From the human T2T-CHM13v2.0 reference genome, Homo sapiens, in the NCBI RefSeq assembly GCF_009914755.1, contig NC_060941.1: DNA of 64,000 bases; one strand, written 5' to 3'. The position numbers and the translations under genes are program-made. Position 1 is the stretch's first letter, and every line of letters begins with the position of its first letter. The notes beneath the pieces are model-generated. The model made no database searches. It saw only the letters and a list, made by a program, of their open reading frames with translations, and had not been told where the DNA came from. Of this stretch, positions 33,233-48,115 are shown piece by piece.

Positions 33233-34128
33233 TTTGATGTTTTTAGGGGAAGACAAGATGGTCACCACATGCAGCCAGGAGATGCCTCTCTGCGAGAGAG
33301 AAACCAAAATATCAAGTAAATTATCACACTTGGAGTAGGTCTTTGGAGAGAAAACACTGAAATTTGATAGGTAATGCAGGCATCAAGGCTGAAGAGGAAT
33401 AAATCTGGGAAGCCTGCACAGAGTCACCAAGCACTAGGATTACCTCCCAATCCAGAAACTAAGGAAGGGGTGGGTGAAGGAACTGTGCAGCACCACACTC
33501 CCACCAACGAACTCTGGGATACTAGCTCCCGGAGATCCCTGGACCCACACAGACATCTGAACTGGCAAGAGGAACCGGCTGGCGAATAGGCAGAGGCACA
33601 GCTCAAACCCGCATACAGCCCAGAAGGTTTCGCACCTGGTACGGCTGCAGCAAAACATGACCATAGGCACCCATCCCCCAAGGCTCTCCATCTTGCTCTG
33701 AGTGACTCTAGCTCCTGCTTACTGCCAGGCCAGAAGACAGTAGGGCTGCATTTACCATGGGACTGCAGCATATCTGGTCTGTGTACCTTCTTGTCCACCA
33801 GCCCCTCCCAAGGCCCCTGCCTAGCTACTCACGCAAGGGTAAGCACACAGCACAGCCTCCACTGCCCCATCTGAGTGCTTTGCCGGAGGCCTGGGAGCAG
33901 TTCAGCCCCCACCCTCAGCACAGCCAAAGCTCAACCCCATGAGACCAGAAGACAAAGTCATGAACCTGGTCTCAATACCCCCCGGATTCAAGCACACTGC
34001 TCAAGTATACTGAGCTGGTGTCTGTGGCCTGAGCTCAAGAAGAGGAGTAGCTTTCTCTCTCACAATGCCGAGAAGAGAGGGCCCAAGTTCATATGCCAGT
34101 GTGGGAGCCAGGTGTGCTCCCTCTGCAA

Positions 34129-34468
34129 CAGCAGTCCCCAACCTTTTTGGCACCAGGTGCTGGCATTGTGGAAAACAATTTTTCCACAGACGGTGGGGTG
34201 GGGATAGTTTTGCGATGGAACTGTTCCACCTCAGATCGTCAGGCATTAGATTCTCATAAGGAGCACGCAACCTAGATCCCTCACGTGCACAGTTCACAAT
34301 AGGGCTCGCGCTCCTATGAGAATCTAATGCCGCTGCTGATGTGACAAGAGGAGAAGCTCACGTGGTAATGCTCACTCACCAGCCCTCCCCTCACCTCCTG
34401 CTGTGCGGCCCAGTTCCTAACAGGCCACAGACCAGTACTGGTCTGCCACCTGGAGGTTGGGGACCCTG
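34129..34468 (+). mobile_element. MER1B (hAT-Charlie)
   Basis: cagcagtccccaacctttttggcaccagg...ggttggggaccctg TIRs; 8-bp TSD ctctgcaa/ttctacaa. Confidence 0.9.
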
Positions 34469-37400
34469 TTCTACAAGATCTGTCCAGGAAGGGTGTATGT
34501 AACCTGTCTGTCCACAGCCTCTGCCTGAGGGAGCACCACTGCCTGAAACAGCTAACAGTCCAGTTGATCTGGGCACGGAAGGCTGGGGGACAAAACTACC
34601 TAGTTGGGCCTGCCCTGGGGGCAGACACTGGAGGGAGGCCTGGTTGGGTGAGTGCCAGCTAAGTGCTCCCCACAGCCATCTGCTAGGCAAAAAACTCTGG
34701 GCTGCAGGCACCACACCAGGTGCACACCCACAGAACCACAGCCCTGCCCGGGGATCCTCCCCCCTTGACCCACATTATATCAACAGACAACCCGCAGATC
34801 CGCAGACATACTCTACAACCTGCTCTGACTCTACCAAGCCCAGACAACCAGCACGTCCCCAGAGAGTTGTAGGTCTCTCGGCAACCTAACTTTTGGCTTG
34901 GGCCGCTGCCCTAAGGGTGGGAGGTGTGCAGCCCTCAAAATTCAGGTGTGGCACCAGTGATTGGAGGGGGCTCTCCCAAGTTCCAGGAACTGATTTGGTG
35001 AGGGGGTTATCTCTCACCTTCCCAATCCTACTTCTCCCCCTTCCCCAGAGCACTGCCGCCAACACGCTGAAATAGAAGAGGCATGCCAGCCCGTACTCTA
35101 GAGCACCATCTCCTGGATTGCAGACTGAATTACATCACCAAACAAAAATTATATACCTTCAACACACATCTGTGAAACCCAATGCAGGAAAGTAGCCACA
35201 AGGAAGGAACCTGTGTAGAGTCCTGGCCATCTGAAACCACCCAGAAACAAAGGCCAATCAACTATACACAATACACACCACAAATCCTCAAGAGAAAAAA
35301 AAGAACATAAAAACAAAAATCCCCATCCAAATGACAGGAATTTCAAAACGATAAAGAAACATCAGCATTTTCAGAGGAGGAATAATCAGCACAAGAACTC
35401 TAGCAACTCAACAAATCAGAGCATTTCATTACCTCCAAAAAATCACACTAGCTCCCCAGCTATAAATTCTCACCAGATTAAAGTGTAATGACATGCTTTA
35501 TCACAGACATGTGATTCAGAATCTCAATGGCAACAAAGCTCAATGAGATTAAAAAGAAAGTTGAAATCCACTCCAAGGAAGCCAGTATAACCATCCAAAA
35601 GTTGAAACACGACAGAGCCATTTTTAAAAAGAATCAAACTGAACCTCTGGAGCTGCAAAATTCAACACAGGAGGGACCTTCAAAACCAGATGAGACCAAG
35701 CGGAGGGAAGGATTACAGAGCTCAAAGACCAGTCTTTTGAGTCAGCCCAGTCAGACAAAAATAAAGAAAAAACCATTTTAAAAATGAACAAAACATCTGA
35801 GGAATGTGGGATTTTGTAAAGACACTAATCTATGACTCATTGGCATGGCTGAAAGAGAAGGAGAGAGAGGAAGCAACATGGAAAACATGTCTGAGGATAT
35901 AGTCCATGAAATTTCCCCAATCTCATTACAGAGGTTGATGGAAAAATTCAAGAAATTCAGAGAACCTCTACAACCATCCCCAAGATACACAGCCCATCAG
36001 ACTTTCCAAGGTCAACACGAAAGGAAAAATCTCACAGGCAGCTATAACAGCTGCATCAGGTGAAAAGCTGACCTCTTTCCGGCAAAAACCTTATAAGCCA
36101 GAAAGTGGGGCCTGTTGTCAGCATCCTTAAAGAAATTTCAGCCAAGAACTTCATACCACTCCAATCTAAGCCTCATCAGTGACAGAGAAATACAATCTTT
36201 TCCAGACAAACACTAAAGAAATTCGTTACCGCTAGACCAGACTTACAAGAGATTCTTAAGGAGTTCTAAATATGGAAAAGAAAGAACAATACCCACTACC
36301 ACAAAAACACACTTAAGTACATAGCCCACAGACCCTATTACACAACTACACAATCGAGAGTACAAAGCAAACAGCTAAAAACATCATGGCGGAATCAAAA
36401 TCTCACATATAAATATTAATACTGAATTCAATGGTCTAAATGCCTCACTTAAAAGGCACAGAGTGGCAAGTTGAATTAAAATAAAACAAACCAATAAGAA
36501 TCAACAGTCTGCTATATTCAAAAGACATATCTCACATGTAATGGCACCCACAGGCTCTGAGTAAAGAGATGGACAAAGATCTGTCATGCAAATAAAATGC
36601 AAAAAGCAAGGGGTTGTTATTCTTAGATAAAACAGACTTTAAACCAACAACAGCCAAAAAAGGATGAAGAAGGGCATTACACAATGATAAAGGACTCACT
36701 TCGCCAAGAAGACATCCCTAACCTAAATATATACCCACCCAACACTGGAGCACCCACATTCAAAAACAACCAAGTACTTCCAGACCTACCAAAAGACTCA
36801 GTCACACAATAACAGTGGGGATCTTCAACATCTCATTGATAGTGTTAAGGCAAATCATTGAGACAAAAAACTAACAAAGAAATTCTGGGCTTAAATTTAA
36901 CACTTGACTAATTGGACCTAACAGACATCTACAGAATACTCCACCAAACAACTACAGAATACACCTTTTTCTCATCTGCACAAAGAACATACTCCAAGAT
37001 CAACAACATGTTTGCCCATAAAGCAAGTCATGATAAATTTTTAAAAAATGAAATCACACAACACCATTCTCTTGGACCACAGTGCAATAAAAATAGAAAT
37101 GAATACCAAGAAGATCTCTGAAAACCACACAATTACATGGAAATCAAACAACTGGCTCCTAAATGACTTTGGGAAAAGAAAGAATTTAAGGCAGAAATCA
37201 AACAATGATTTGTAATAAGCAAAAAGAAACATCATACCAAAACTTCTGGGATACAGCAAAAGCAGCATAAGAGGAAAGCTTATAGTGCAAAACAAATATG
37301 TTGAAAAGTTAGACAGATCTGTAATTAACAATCTGACACTGTGCCGAGAGGAACTAAAAAACAAGGACAAAATAACCCCAAAGCTGGCAACAGAAAAGAA

Positions 37401-38330
37401 ATAACTAAAATTAGAGCATAACTGAGAAAACTTGAGGCCCAAAAATCCATACAAAGGATCAGTGAAACCAAAAGTTGGCTTTTTGAAGGGATAAAAATAC
37501 TGATAGGCTACTAGCTAGATAAATAAATAAATAAATAAATAACAGAGAACATCTAAATAAGCACAATCAGAAACAACAAAGATGACATTACAACCAATCC
37601 CATAGTAATACAAAAGATCCTCAGAGACTACAATGAACACCACTGTATACACACAAACTAGAATATCTAGGAGAAATGGATAAATCCTTGGAAACCAACA
37701 AAGATTGAACCACGAGGAAACTAAAATCATGAACAGACAAATAACAAGCTCTGAAATTGAATCAGTAATAAAAAACCTACTAGCCAAAAACAGATTCAGA
37801 TCAGACTGACTCATAGTCAATTTCTACCAGACATACAAAGAAGAGCTGTTAACAAACCTAATGAAACTATTCCAAAATATTGAGGAGATACTTCTCCCTA
37901 ACTCATTGTATGATGCCAGCATCATCTTGATACTAAAAGCCAGCAAAGACACAATGAATAAAGAAAACTACAGCCCAATATTCCCAATGAATGTAGACAC
38001 CAAAGTCCTCAATAAAATATCAGCAAACAAAATCCAGCAACACATCAAAAACTTACTTCACCACAATCAAGTCAGCTTTATTTTTGTGATGCAATTGGTT
38101 CAAAGTACACAAATCAATAAATGTGTTTCACCACATAAACAAAATGAAAACGAAAAACCATATGATCAACTCAAAAGATGCAAAAAAGCTTTCAATAACG
38201 TCCATCATCCCTTCATGAAAAAAACACCCAACAAATTAGGCATCAAAGAAACAGACCTCAAAATAATAAAGGCCACTCTATGACAAACCCACAGCTGAAA
38301 CCATACAGAATGGGCAAAAGCTGGAAGTGG

Positions 38331-38490
38331 GGGCTAAGTGCAGTGGCTCATGCTTGTAACCCCAGCATGCTGGGAGGCAAAGACAGGAGAATCACTTGAG
38401 GCCAGGAGTCTGAGACCAGGCTGGGCAACACAGTGAGACCTTGTCTCTGTAAAGTAGTAAAGAAAAAAATTAAAGAAAAAAGAACAAAAA
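38331..38490 (+). mobile_element. FLAM/Alu left monomer
   Basis: Monomer with A-rich tail; degenerate TSD ctggaag/ttggaag. Confidence 0.75.
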
Positions 38491-39010
38491 CAGTTGGAAG
38501 CATTCCCCTTGCCAACTGGAACAAGACAAAGATGCCCACTCTCACCGTATGTATTCAACATAGTACTGGAACTCCTAGCCAGAGCAATCAGGAAAAAGAA
38601 AGAAAGAAAAGCCATCCAAAAAGGAAAAGAAGCCAAACTATCTCTCTTTGCTGATGATATGATTCTGTACCTAAAAAACTCTAAAGAGTTTGCCAATTTA
38701 TCCTGGAACTGATAAATGACTTCAGTCAGGACACAAAAATCAATGTAAAAATATCCATAGCATTTCTATATACCAATAAAGTTCAAGCTGAGAGACAAAT
38801 CAAGAATGTAATCCAATTTATAATAGCCACACACAAAAAAGCAAAATACTTAGGAATGCATCTAACTACAGAGATGAAAGGTGGTTACAAGGAGAACTAC
38901 AAAACACTGCTGAAAAAAAATCATGACACCAAATAGATGACACCAAAAAAATGGCAAAACATTCCATGCTCATGAATTGGAAAAATCAATCGCATTAAAA
39001 TGGCCATACT

Positions 39011-40846
39011 CCAGAGTTTGCCACATATGGGTGGTCCGTCTGTTCCTGTCCCCTGTGAGATCCAGCACTGAGGCACAAAGGACAGGAGAGGGTGGGGAGG
39101 GGTGGCAGCGTGAGTCTCACTGGGTGTGAGCTGGCCAGCCCCCTGGCTCAGTGCTCCCTCCTCCACCTCCTTTGAACGGGGGACATACCATGTGGCTAAG
39201 AAGGGCATCTCAGCATCTGCCGCTCAGGCTAGGTGGACAGTGAGGAAGGGGACATGGGAGGTCTGAGGCTTCAAGGCTAGTGTCTCCACAGGCGCTGGCA
39301 GTGATTTCTTTTTTAAGCTGCTCTCCCTCCCTTCCCTCCGCCTGCCTCCATCCTAATTGAAGCCATCGCCTCTTCAGTTACACTGCTTCCTAAAATAGTG
39401 TTCTGATCACGCCCTGGGTGCTCACTGAAAATGCTTCAGGGGCTCCCTGCCATCTATTGGAAAAAGGCAGAAATCCTTAGGCTGGCGTGCCAGGGTCCAA
39501 TCAGAAAAGCGAAACCCACCTGGGATGTTTCCGCAGAGGGAACTTCGTGTAGGGCATTGTTATGGGCGTGGGAAGACTGAAAGGGCAAAGAGAGACCGCT
39601 GGGACAGAGAGTGGCAGAAGCAGCTTCCACCCCTGCAGCCAGAGGGACAGAAGGAAGGCAGGTTTGGAGGAGGGCCCGGGTCTCTGATGGGGAAGAAGGG
39701 CCGCTGCTGGTAAGTGGTGGGAGAAACAGTCTTGGGGATGGCAGGTAAACCTGTCTCCTGCCTCCCACCTTCCCTTCTCCATCTAGTGTCCCCTTGTGGG
39801 GAAATTTAACAGGGAACCCAGAGACGAAAGAGATGGGGTTTGCAGAATCCCTGCACCAGAGAGCAAAGTGGTTTGAAGCTGAGCGACATTTGCTTCCTAA
39901 TGGGCACAGGTGGCACTCTAGGTTTCCGTGTCTGGCCCCAAACTCCTGGCTACACTCTGACCAGCCAGCATGTCACCTCCTGCCAAGCTCAGTTGTTCTG
40001 GAGGTCCCTGTCGTCAGATCTTTGCCCTTCATCACCCGTCAAATTCAGGACTTCGTTGAAATGCTACTTCCCTGATACCTTCTCGTACTTCCATTCTTAA
40101 ACCTTTGTTGCTGTTAAGTGTTGAGATGAAACATGTTTGCTTTGTATTCTAGAAGTTTCTGTGATTGACCATACCTGAGCGCAGAGATTAACTGGGGTTT
40201 GTTCCAGAAACAGCATTAATCACAGTGCCCGGCACATAGAAGGGTCCAGAACTTGGAGCAAGTAACTGAACTCAGGCAGTTCCCACGCAGGCCACAGAGT
40301 TGGACAAAAACAGCTTGACCCTGGGGCTTGCACTCAAAATGAGCCTTACCCCTTTAAGAGAGGGCAGGTCTTTTCCCTCTCCGGCTCACCCCACCCCTCC
40401 TACACAGTAACTGAAACCTGATCTAATCCCTTTGCACGCGGGTAATTTATTGGTCTGTTGAGCTTTTCTTGGTGGCAAATTGCATTGTCTTTATTCCTGG
40501 GTTCAGGCTCTGCAGCGGCTCACTGCATTCCTAGGACTCCTTTCTAAGGGTCGATCCTTCACACCTCCTCGTGCACTGCAAAGTAAGTCTTATTGGGCTT
40601 CTTTGTTATGCAAACAGGGCGGTAATAATCAGGCTATTATTCTGAAAGATTGGGCTTGATTAACAGTTCAAAGGAGGTCTCTGAAAGCAGCTAGTGCCTC
40701 ATTGGTGCATAAATATTTTCATCCTGCCAGCGTTGGTGCAGCTGGTGCTCCAAGCGCCCTCCCCTATCTTTCTGATTCTCAGAGGTGCTAGGTTGCTATT
40801 AAAAGGAAAAGAACTAAGTCAAAAAAAAAAAAAAAAAAAAAAAAAA
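39011..40846 (+). other. Retrotransposed non-L1 sequence (non-coding retrocopy or orphan 3' transduction) inserted into L1 ORF2
   Basis: L1 stops at AAAATGGCCATACT (38997-39010) and resumes at GGCCATACT (40847-40855); ATTAAA 40798-40803; A26 40821-40846. Confidence 0.85.
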
Positions 40847-43537
40847 GGCCATACTGCCCAAAGCAATCTACAGATTCAATACCATTCCTATCAAACTACT
40901 AACGTCATTTTTCACAGCATTAGAAAAAACTATTCTAAAATTTCATATGGAACCAGAAAAGAGCCCAAACACCCAGAGCCATCCTAAGCAAAGAGAACCA
41001 AGCCTGATGCATCACATTACCCAACTTCAAACTATACTACAGTAAACAAATGCTACACTAAACAAATCAGCACGGTACTGGCACAAAAACAGACACATAG
41101 ACCAATGGAACAGAACAGAGAGCCCAGAAATAAAGCCACATGCCTACAACCACTGGGTCTTTGACAAAGCCGACACAAATATGCAATGGGGAAAGGACTC
41201 CCTATTCAATAAATGGTGCTGGGATGACTGGTTATCCATACACAGAAGAATGAAACTTGACCCCTAGCTATAACAACATACAAAAATTAATGAAAGCTGA
41301 ATTACATTCTTAAAAGTAAGACCTCTAACTATAAAAATCCTACAAGAAAACCTAAGAAATGCACTATTAGAAATCAGCCTCTGAAAGTAATTTATGAATA
41401 AGCCCTCAAAAGCAATTGCAACAAAAGTCAAAATGAAAAATTGGGACCTAGTTAAACAAAGGAGCTTCTGCATAGGAAAAGGAACCATTCAAGAGACTAA
41501 ATAGGCAACCTAAACAATGAAAGAATGTATTTACAAGCTATGCATTGAACAAAGTTCTACTATCCAGAACCTATAAGGAACTTAAATCAACAAACAAGAA
41601 TTTAAAAAAATATATAAAAGCGGGCAAAATACATTAACAGACACTTCTCAAAAAAAGACATAAAAGTGGAGAGCAAACATATGAAAAAATGCTCATCATC
41701 ACTGATCATCAGAGAAAAGCAAATCAAAGCCACAATGACATACCATCTCACACCAGACATAATGGCTATTACTAAAAAGTCAAAAAATAAGCAACAACAA
41801 CCCAGATTTTGGCAGAGCTGCTACAGCGAAAAGGGAATTCTAATACACTATTGGAGAAAATGGTAAATTCGTTCAGCCACTGTGGAAAGCAGTTTGGAGG
41901 TTTCTCTCACGGAACTAAAAGTAGAACTGCCATTCAACCCAGCAATCCCATTAGTTGGTTAAATATCCACTTCCCACCACCAAAAAATCATTCTACCAAA
42001 AAGACACATGCACCCAATGTTCACTGCAGCACTATTCACAATAGCAAAGATATGGACTAAAACCAGAAGCTCATCAATGATGCACTGGATTAAGAAAATG
42101 CAGCACATATACAATATGGAATACTATGCAACTATAAAAAGAACAAAATACTGCCCTTTGCAGCAACATCGATGCAGCTGGAGGCCATTATCCTAAGCAA
42201 ACTGATGCAGAAACAGAAAACCAAATACTACATGTTCTCACTTGTAAGTGGGAGCTAAACACTGGGTACACATGGACATAAAGATGGGAGCAATAGACAG
42301 TGGGGACTATAAGAAGGGGAACTGGGTTGGACAACGGTTGAAAAATGACATGCCAGGTACTATGCTCATTACCTGGGTGCCAGGTTCAACTGCACCCTAA
42401 ACCTAAGCATTATGCAATATACCTGTGTAACAAACCTGCACATGTACTCCCTGAATCTGAAAGTTAAGAAAGAGAAAGAATAAGATAAAAATAAAATGCC
42501 CTTTTTAACTTGCAATAAAAAAACACCAATAACATTCTTCACAGAAATGGAAAAAACAATCCTAAAATTCATATGGAACTGCAAAAAAGCTAGACTATAC
42601 AAGCCAAGCCTGAGGGAAAAGAACAGAGCTGGAGGCATCACTCCACCTGACTTCAAAATATATTACAAGGTTACAGTAACCAAAAGAGCAAGGTCTTGGT
42701 ATAAAAATAGAAAATTAAACCAATGGAACAGAATAGAGAACGCAGAAATAAATCCACATATTTACAGACACCTGATTTTCAACAAAAGTATCAAAAACAT
42801 ACATTGGGGAAAGAACCCTCTCTTCAACAAATGGGGCTGGGAAAAGTGGGTATCTGTAAAAAGAAGAATGAAACCAGGTCCCTATCTTTCACCATATACA
42901 AAAATCAACTCAAAATAGATTAAAGACTTAAACATGAGATCCAAAATTATAAAACTACTACAAGAAAATATATGGAAAATGCTTCAGGACATTGGTCAAG
43001 GCAAAGATTTTATAGCTAAGTTATCACGGGCATATGCAAAAAAAAGCACAGGTATAAAAACAAAAATACATAAGTAAAGCTATATTAAAATTAGGTTTCT
43101 TCACAGCAAAGGAAACAATCAACAAAGTGAAGCAAACAACCAACAATTGTAGACTGGGAGAAAATATTTACAAATCTATTCATCTGAGAAAGGTCTAATA
43201 TCTAGAATATGCCAGGAACTCAAACAACTCAACAGTAAAAATTGTTAATAATCCCCCCTGAAATGTGGACAAAGAATTTAAATAGACATTTCTAAAAAGA
43301 AGACATACGAATGTCCACAAATGTATGGAAAAGTACTCAACATCACTAACAGGAAAATGAAAACAAAATCCTAAATAAGATATCGTCTCACCACAGAATG
43401 GCTACCATCAAAAAAATCAAAAAACAAAAAACAAAAAAACCAGAAGTAAAAAATCCTGGCGAGGTTGGAAAGAAAAAGAAAACTCTTATGCACTCGTGGA
43501 GGGAATGTAAACTAGTAAAACCATGGAAGTTTCTTAA

Positions 43538-43948
<411 letters not shown>

Positions 43949-44474
43949 GCTAAAAATAGAAGTGTCATATGATCCAACAATCCCACTACTAAGTATTTAT
44001 CCAAAAGAAAGAAAATCAGCATATCAAAGGGATACCAGTATTCCCATGTTGATTGCAGCACTATTCACAACAACCAAGATACAGAATCAACCTAAATGTT
44101 CATCAACAGATCAATGTGGTTGATGAGTAAAGAAAATGTGGTATATGTCCACAGTGGAATACTATTCAGCCATAAAAAAAGAATAAAATCATGTCATTTA
44201 CAGCATGGATGAGGACATTAAGTGACACTAAGTGAAATAATTCAAGCACAGAAAAATAACTACTGTATGTTTTCACTCATGTGGGAGCTAAAATTTAAAA
44301 AAACGTTCACGGAAGTAGAGAGTAGAACTGTGGGTATTAGAGGCTGAGACTGAGAAAGGTAAAGGGGAGTAGAAGATGGGGAGAGGCTGGTTAATGGATA
44401 CAAGATTACAGTTACATAGGAGGAATGAATTCTAGTGTTCTGTTGCATTGTAGGGTGAATATGGTTAACTAATA

Positions 44475-44640
<166 letters not shown>

Positions 44641-44827
44641 TAGCTAATATTTAAAAAGCTAGAGGAGAGGATTTTGAAAGTTCACAACACAAATGGTAAA
44701 TGTTTGAGGTGATGGAATATATTAATTAGCCTGATTTGACCATTATACATTGTTTACACATATCAAAATATCACTGTGTATACCATAAATATGTACAATT
44801 ATACAGGTCCACAAAAAATCAAAAGAA

Positions 44828-44953
44828 GCCAGGTGTGGTGTCACATTCCTGTGGTCTCAGCTACTTGGAAGGCAGAGGCAGGAAGAATTCTTGAGCCATG
44901 GAGGTCAAGGCCGGCCTGGGTAACATAATAAGACACCATGTCTAAAAAAAAAA
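44828..44953 (+). mobile_element. FLAM/Alu monomer
   Basis: Diverged Alu monomer with A tail. Confidence 0.7.
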
Positions 44954-44979
44954 TACATCAATAAAAATAAAAGCAAAAT

Positions 44980-45297
44980 CATTCATCCTATATACAGACT
45001 ATGGGTGAAACTTAGTGACTTGCTTCTAATGAACAGAAAGTGTTAAAAGTGATAACCATGTGGCTTCCAACATTAAGTTAGAAGAGGCTCTCTACCGCAG
45101 ACTGCTCACCCATGGACCCCAGCCCCCATGCTGTGAGGAAGCTTAGGCCACAAAGAGAGCCTAGGAGTTCCAATGTAGATATCTGGGCAAGCTGCCCCAG
45201 CCAAGGTTTTCCCAAGCCACAGATTGGTGAACTAAACGAATGTTGTTCTTAGCCACTCAACTTTGGGTAATTTGTTAGGAAAAAATAACCAGAAAAA
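44980..45297 (+). mobile_element. MLT1 LTR remainder
   Basis: gtgacttgcttctaatgaacagaa...ccatgctgtgaggaagc...gggtaatttgtta...ataaccagaa. Confidence 0.65.
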
Positions 45298-46549
45298 TAA
45301 ATTTAAACAAGGAGACAACAAGAAATAGAATAACATACCAGTAGAAATTAGTCTCCTTTAAAGTAAGATCTAAAAAATGTTGAGGTTAATTTATTAATGA
45401 CAAACAACTCTAATGGGAAGCAGCAGACAACCAGGAGAAGGATGTAAGAACTACTGCAGAGGAAGTTTAGAAAAAGTTCCTTTCGATTACAAATTCTGAT
45501 GACTAAGCCAGTGAGGCTTTTAGAATTTGTCCCCCGAGTTATGAAATAAGGAAGATGAAGAAGGAAGGAGATATATAATTTGAAGTATAAAGTTGAAAAA
45601 ACCAGAAATATTTGATTAATTACCAAAAATCAGACATTGTACCTGATTTCAATGAACTGAAATTCTAAAAGTGATAAGCAGCTTTGGATATTTATTAATC
45701 AATCTAGGATTCAATCTTCATTTCCATTTCCTCAGTGAGAAAATTAACAAAATATTATGGAATCAGTTTTAACAATCTCAGAAGTAAAAATGTAGTGTCC
45801 TTTGAGTGTTAAGCTATTAAATGCAATTTCCCCTTTACCTTACTTCAAGCTCATTTGTATGGAGAAGGGAAGAGCATCTCATCTTTATGTTGTATCAAAA
45901 TGCTTCTCCATATCATACAAATTGGCTCTGAAATTTTGAAATTCATACAACTAATTCAACCATTTGTTTCTGATAAATGCCTGGACATGACCTGATTTCC
46001 AGTTGCTGCACTCCTGGAAGTTGTTCTTTGAATGGGTTGAAGTATTTATTCAATGAATTATGTATTGAACTATAAAAGCATAGCTATGCATCTCTATTTA
46101 AGCAAAAAGAGGTAAATGCAGGGAACTCTGGTTTCTGAGAATGTAGTATCTGTGCCAAGAAGAGGATTCAGCTCCGGGAGTGTACAAGAGAACCAGGTGC
46201 TGGGTCAAAAGAGTATCTAACTGTAAACTGCAACATGATGAATTAGCTCAATTTCCAATGAGGAAAGAGGACAGCCTAGACTTAATCTTGCCCTTCATAG
46301 ATAGTTAAAATCTACACATGACTCTATGACTTACAATGAGTTAATAAAAACATAATGCAGTAAATAGTAGGAGTCAGCATATCCTGTGACCAAGATTTGA
46401 TGGAAATGGGAATGAAGAGAGAGGCACTGGGTGAGAGACAAAAGGTATGACTGGAGAAAAAAAATTAATGGGATCTGTCTTCATAAGCCTGACTCTCATC
46501 ATGTCATGGAGTCAGCAAGGCATAAGCTGGCCATACACTCCTTCAAGAA

Positions 46550-48115
46550 GCAAAAAGTGAAATTAAAGACATTCTACTACTTGAATTTCTATTCTTACAT
46601 AAGACAACTGGTAATAAGCAACAGGACTGAAAATGAATTTTCCTAAAATGTGATTTGCTACTGGCATAAGGATAGACATAGCTCAATATATTAGAACTGA
46701 GAATCCAAAAACAAACACACACTTTTATGGTCAACTGATTTTCAACAAGGGTGTAAAAAAAATTAAATGAGAAATGAATAGATTTTTCAACAAATGGTTC
46801 TGGGAAAACGGTATATCCACATGCAAAAGAATAAAGGTGGACTTCACCAAATGTCATACCTAAAAGTAACAAAATAGAACCGCTAAATGTAAGAACTAAA
46901 ACTATAAAATTCCTAGAAGAAAACATAGCCATAAATCTTTGTGACCGCAAAACAAACAAAAAAAAATTAACTGGACTTCATCAAAATGTGAAACTTCTGT
47001 GCTTGAACAGAGACCATCAAGAAAGTGAAAAGGAGGCTGGGCATGGTGGCTTACACCTATAATCCCAACACTTGGGAGGCCGAGGTGGGAGGATTGCTTG
47101 AGCTCAGGAGTTCAAAACCAGCCTGGACAACATAGTGAGACCTTCTCTCTACAATTTAAAATTATATAAATTTTAAAAACATAATAAATCATAAAAAAGA
47201 AAATAAAAAGGAAAGCCATTGAAAATATTTGGAAACATATCTGATAAGGGACTTACACCTAGGGTATATAAAGAACTCTTAAAATTCAGAAATTTAGGAC
47301 AACCCAATTTTAATGTGGGCAAAAGATTTGAACAGATATTTCTCCAAAGAAGATATACAAGTGGCTCATAAGCACATAAAAAGAGGCTTAAAGTCATTCA
47401 TCATTAGGGAAATGTGAATCAAAACCACAATGAGGTACCACTTCATACCTCTAGGTTGGAATCCTTTTTCAATCAAAAATATGAAAAATGTTGGCAAGGA
47501 TGTGGAGAAATTAGAACCCTCATACAATGCTGATGGGAACGTAAAATGGTGCAACCACTTTGGAAAGCAGACTGGCAGTTCCTCAAAAGGTTAAGCATAG
47601 TGTTACCATATGACCCAGAAATTCAACTCATATGTATATACCCAAGAGAAAGGAATACATATACAAACACAAAAACTTGTAAATAAAAGTTCACAGCAGC
47701 ATGATTAATAATAGCCAAAACATGGAAACAACCCAAAGGTCCATCAACTGATGAATGGCTAAATAAATTAGTGGTATGTCCATACAGTGGAAAATTACTC
47801 AGCAATAAGATGAAATTAAATACTGATACATGTTACAACACAATGAACCTTAAAAATGTTATGCTAAGTAGAAGAAGCCAGTCACAAAAGACCACCACAC
47901 ATTGTGTGATCCAATTGATACGTGGTGTCCAGAATGGGCTGATCTATGGAAACAAAATAGATTGCTGATTCTTGTCAGGGTCATGAAAATGTCCTACAAT
48001 TGATGATGGTGATGGTTATGCAACTCTGTGAATATATTAAGAGACCATGAATTGTACACGTTCAATGGGTAAACTGTATGGTATGAGAATTCTCTCTCAG
48101 TAAACTTGTTTTTAA
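46550..48115 (+). mobile_element. L1MB-type 3' fragment containing a FLAM at 47035-47155
   Basis: ORF2 C-terminus and L1MB 3' UTR motifs (gatggttatgcaactctgtgaatatatt). Confidence 0.75.

Larger units (their letters stand above)
33246..42495 (+). mobile_element. Full-length old primate L1 (L1PA16-like), interrupted by MER1B, FLAM and the 1.8-kb retro-insert
   Basis: 5' ggggaagacaagatgg; ORF1/ORF2 fragments including [10 protein letters not shown] in ORF 38494..38712; L1PA16-type 3' UTR. Confidence 0.8.

Noticed and set aside
39454-40100. Several 60-104 aa ORFs inside the 1.8-kb insert
   Set aside because: They overlap on both strands with no recognisable homology, as expected in GC-richer non-coding DNA.
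45839-45927. Minus-strand AG/GT-bounded 89-nt segment as a missing ANKRD26-like exon
   Set aside because: All three frames contain stops and I see no convincing peptide similarity.
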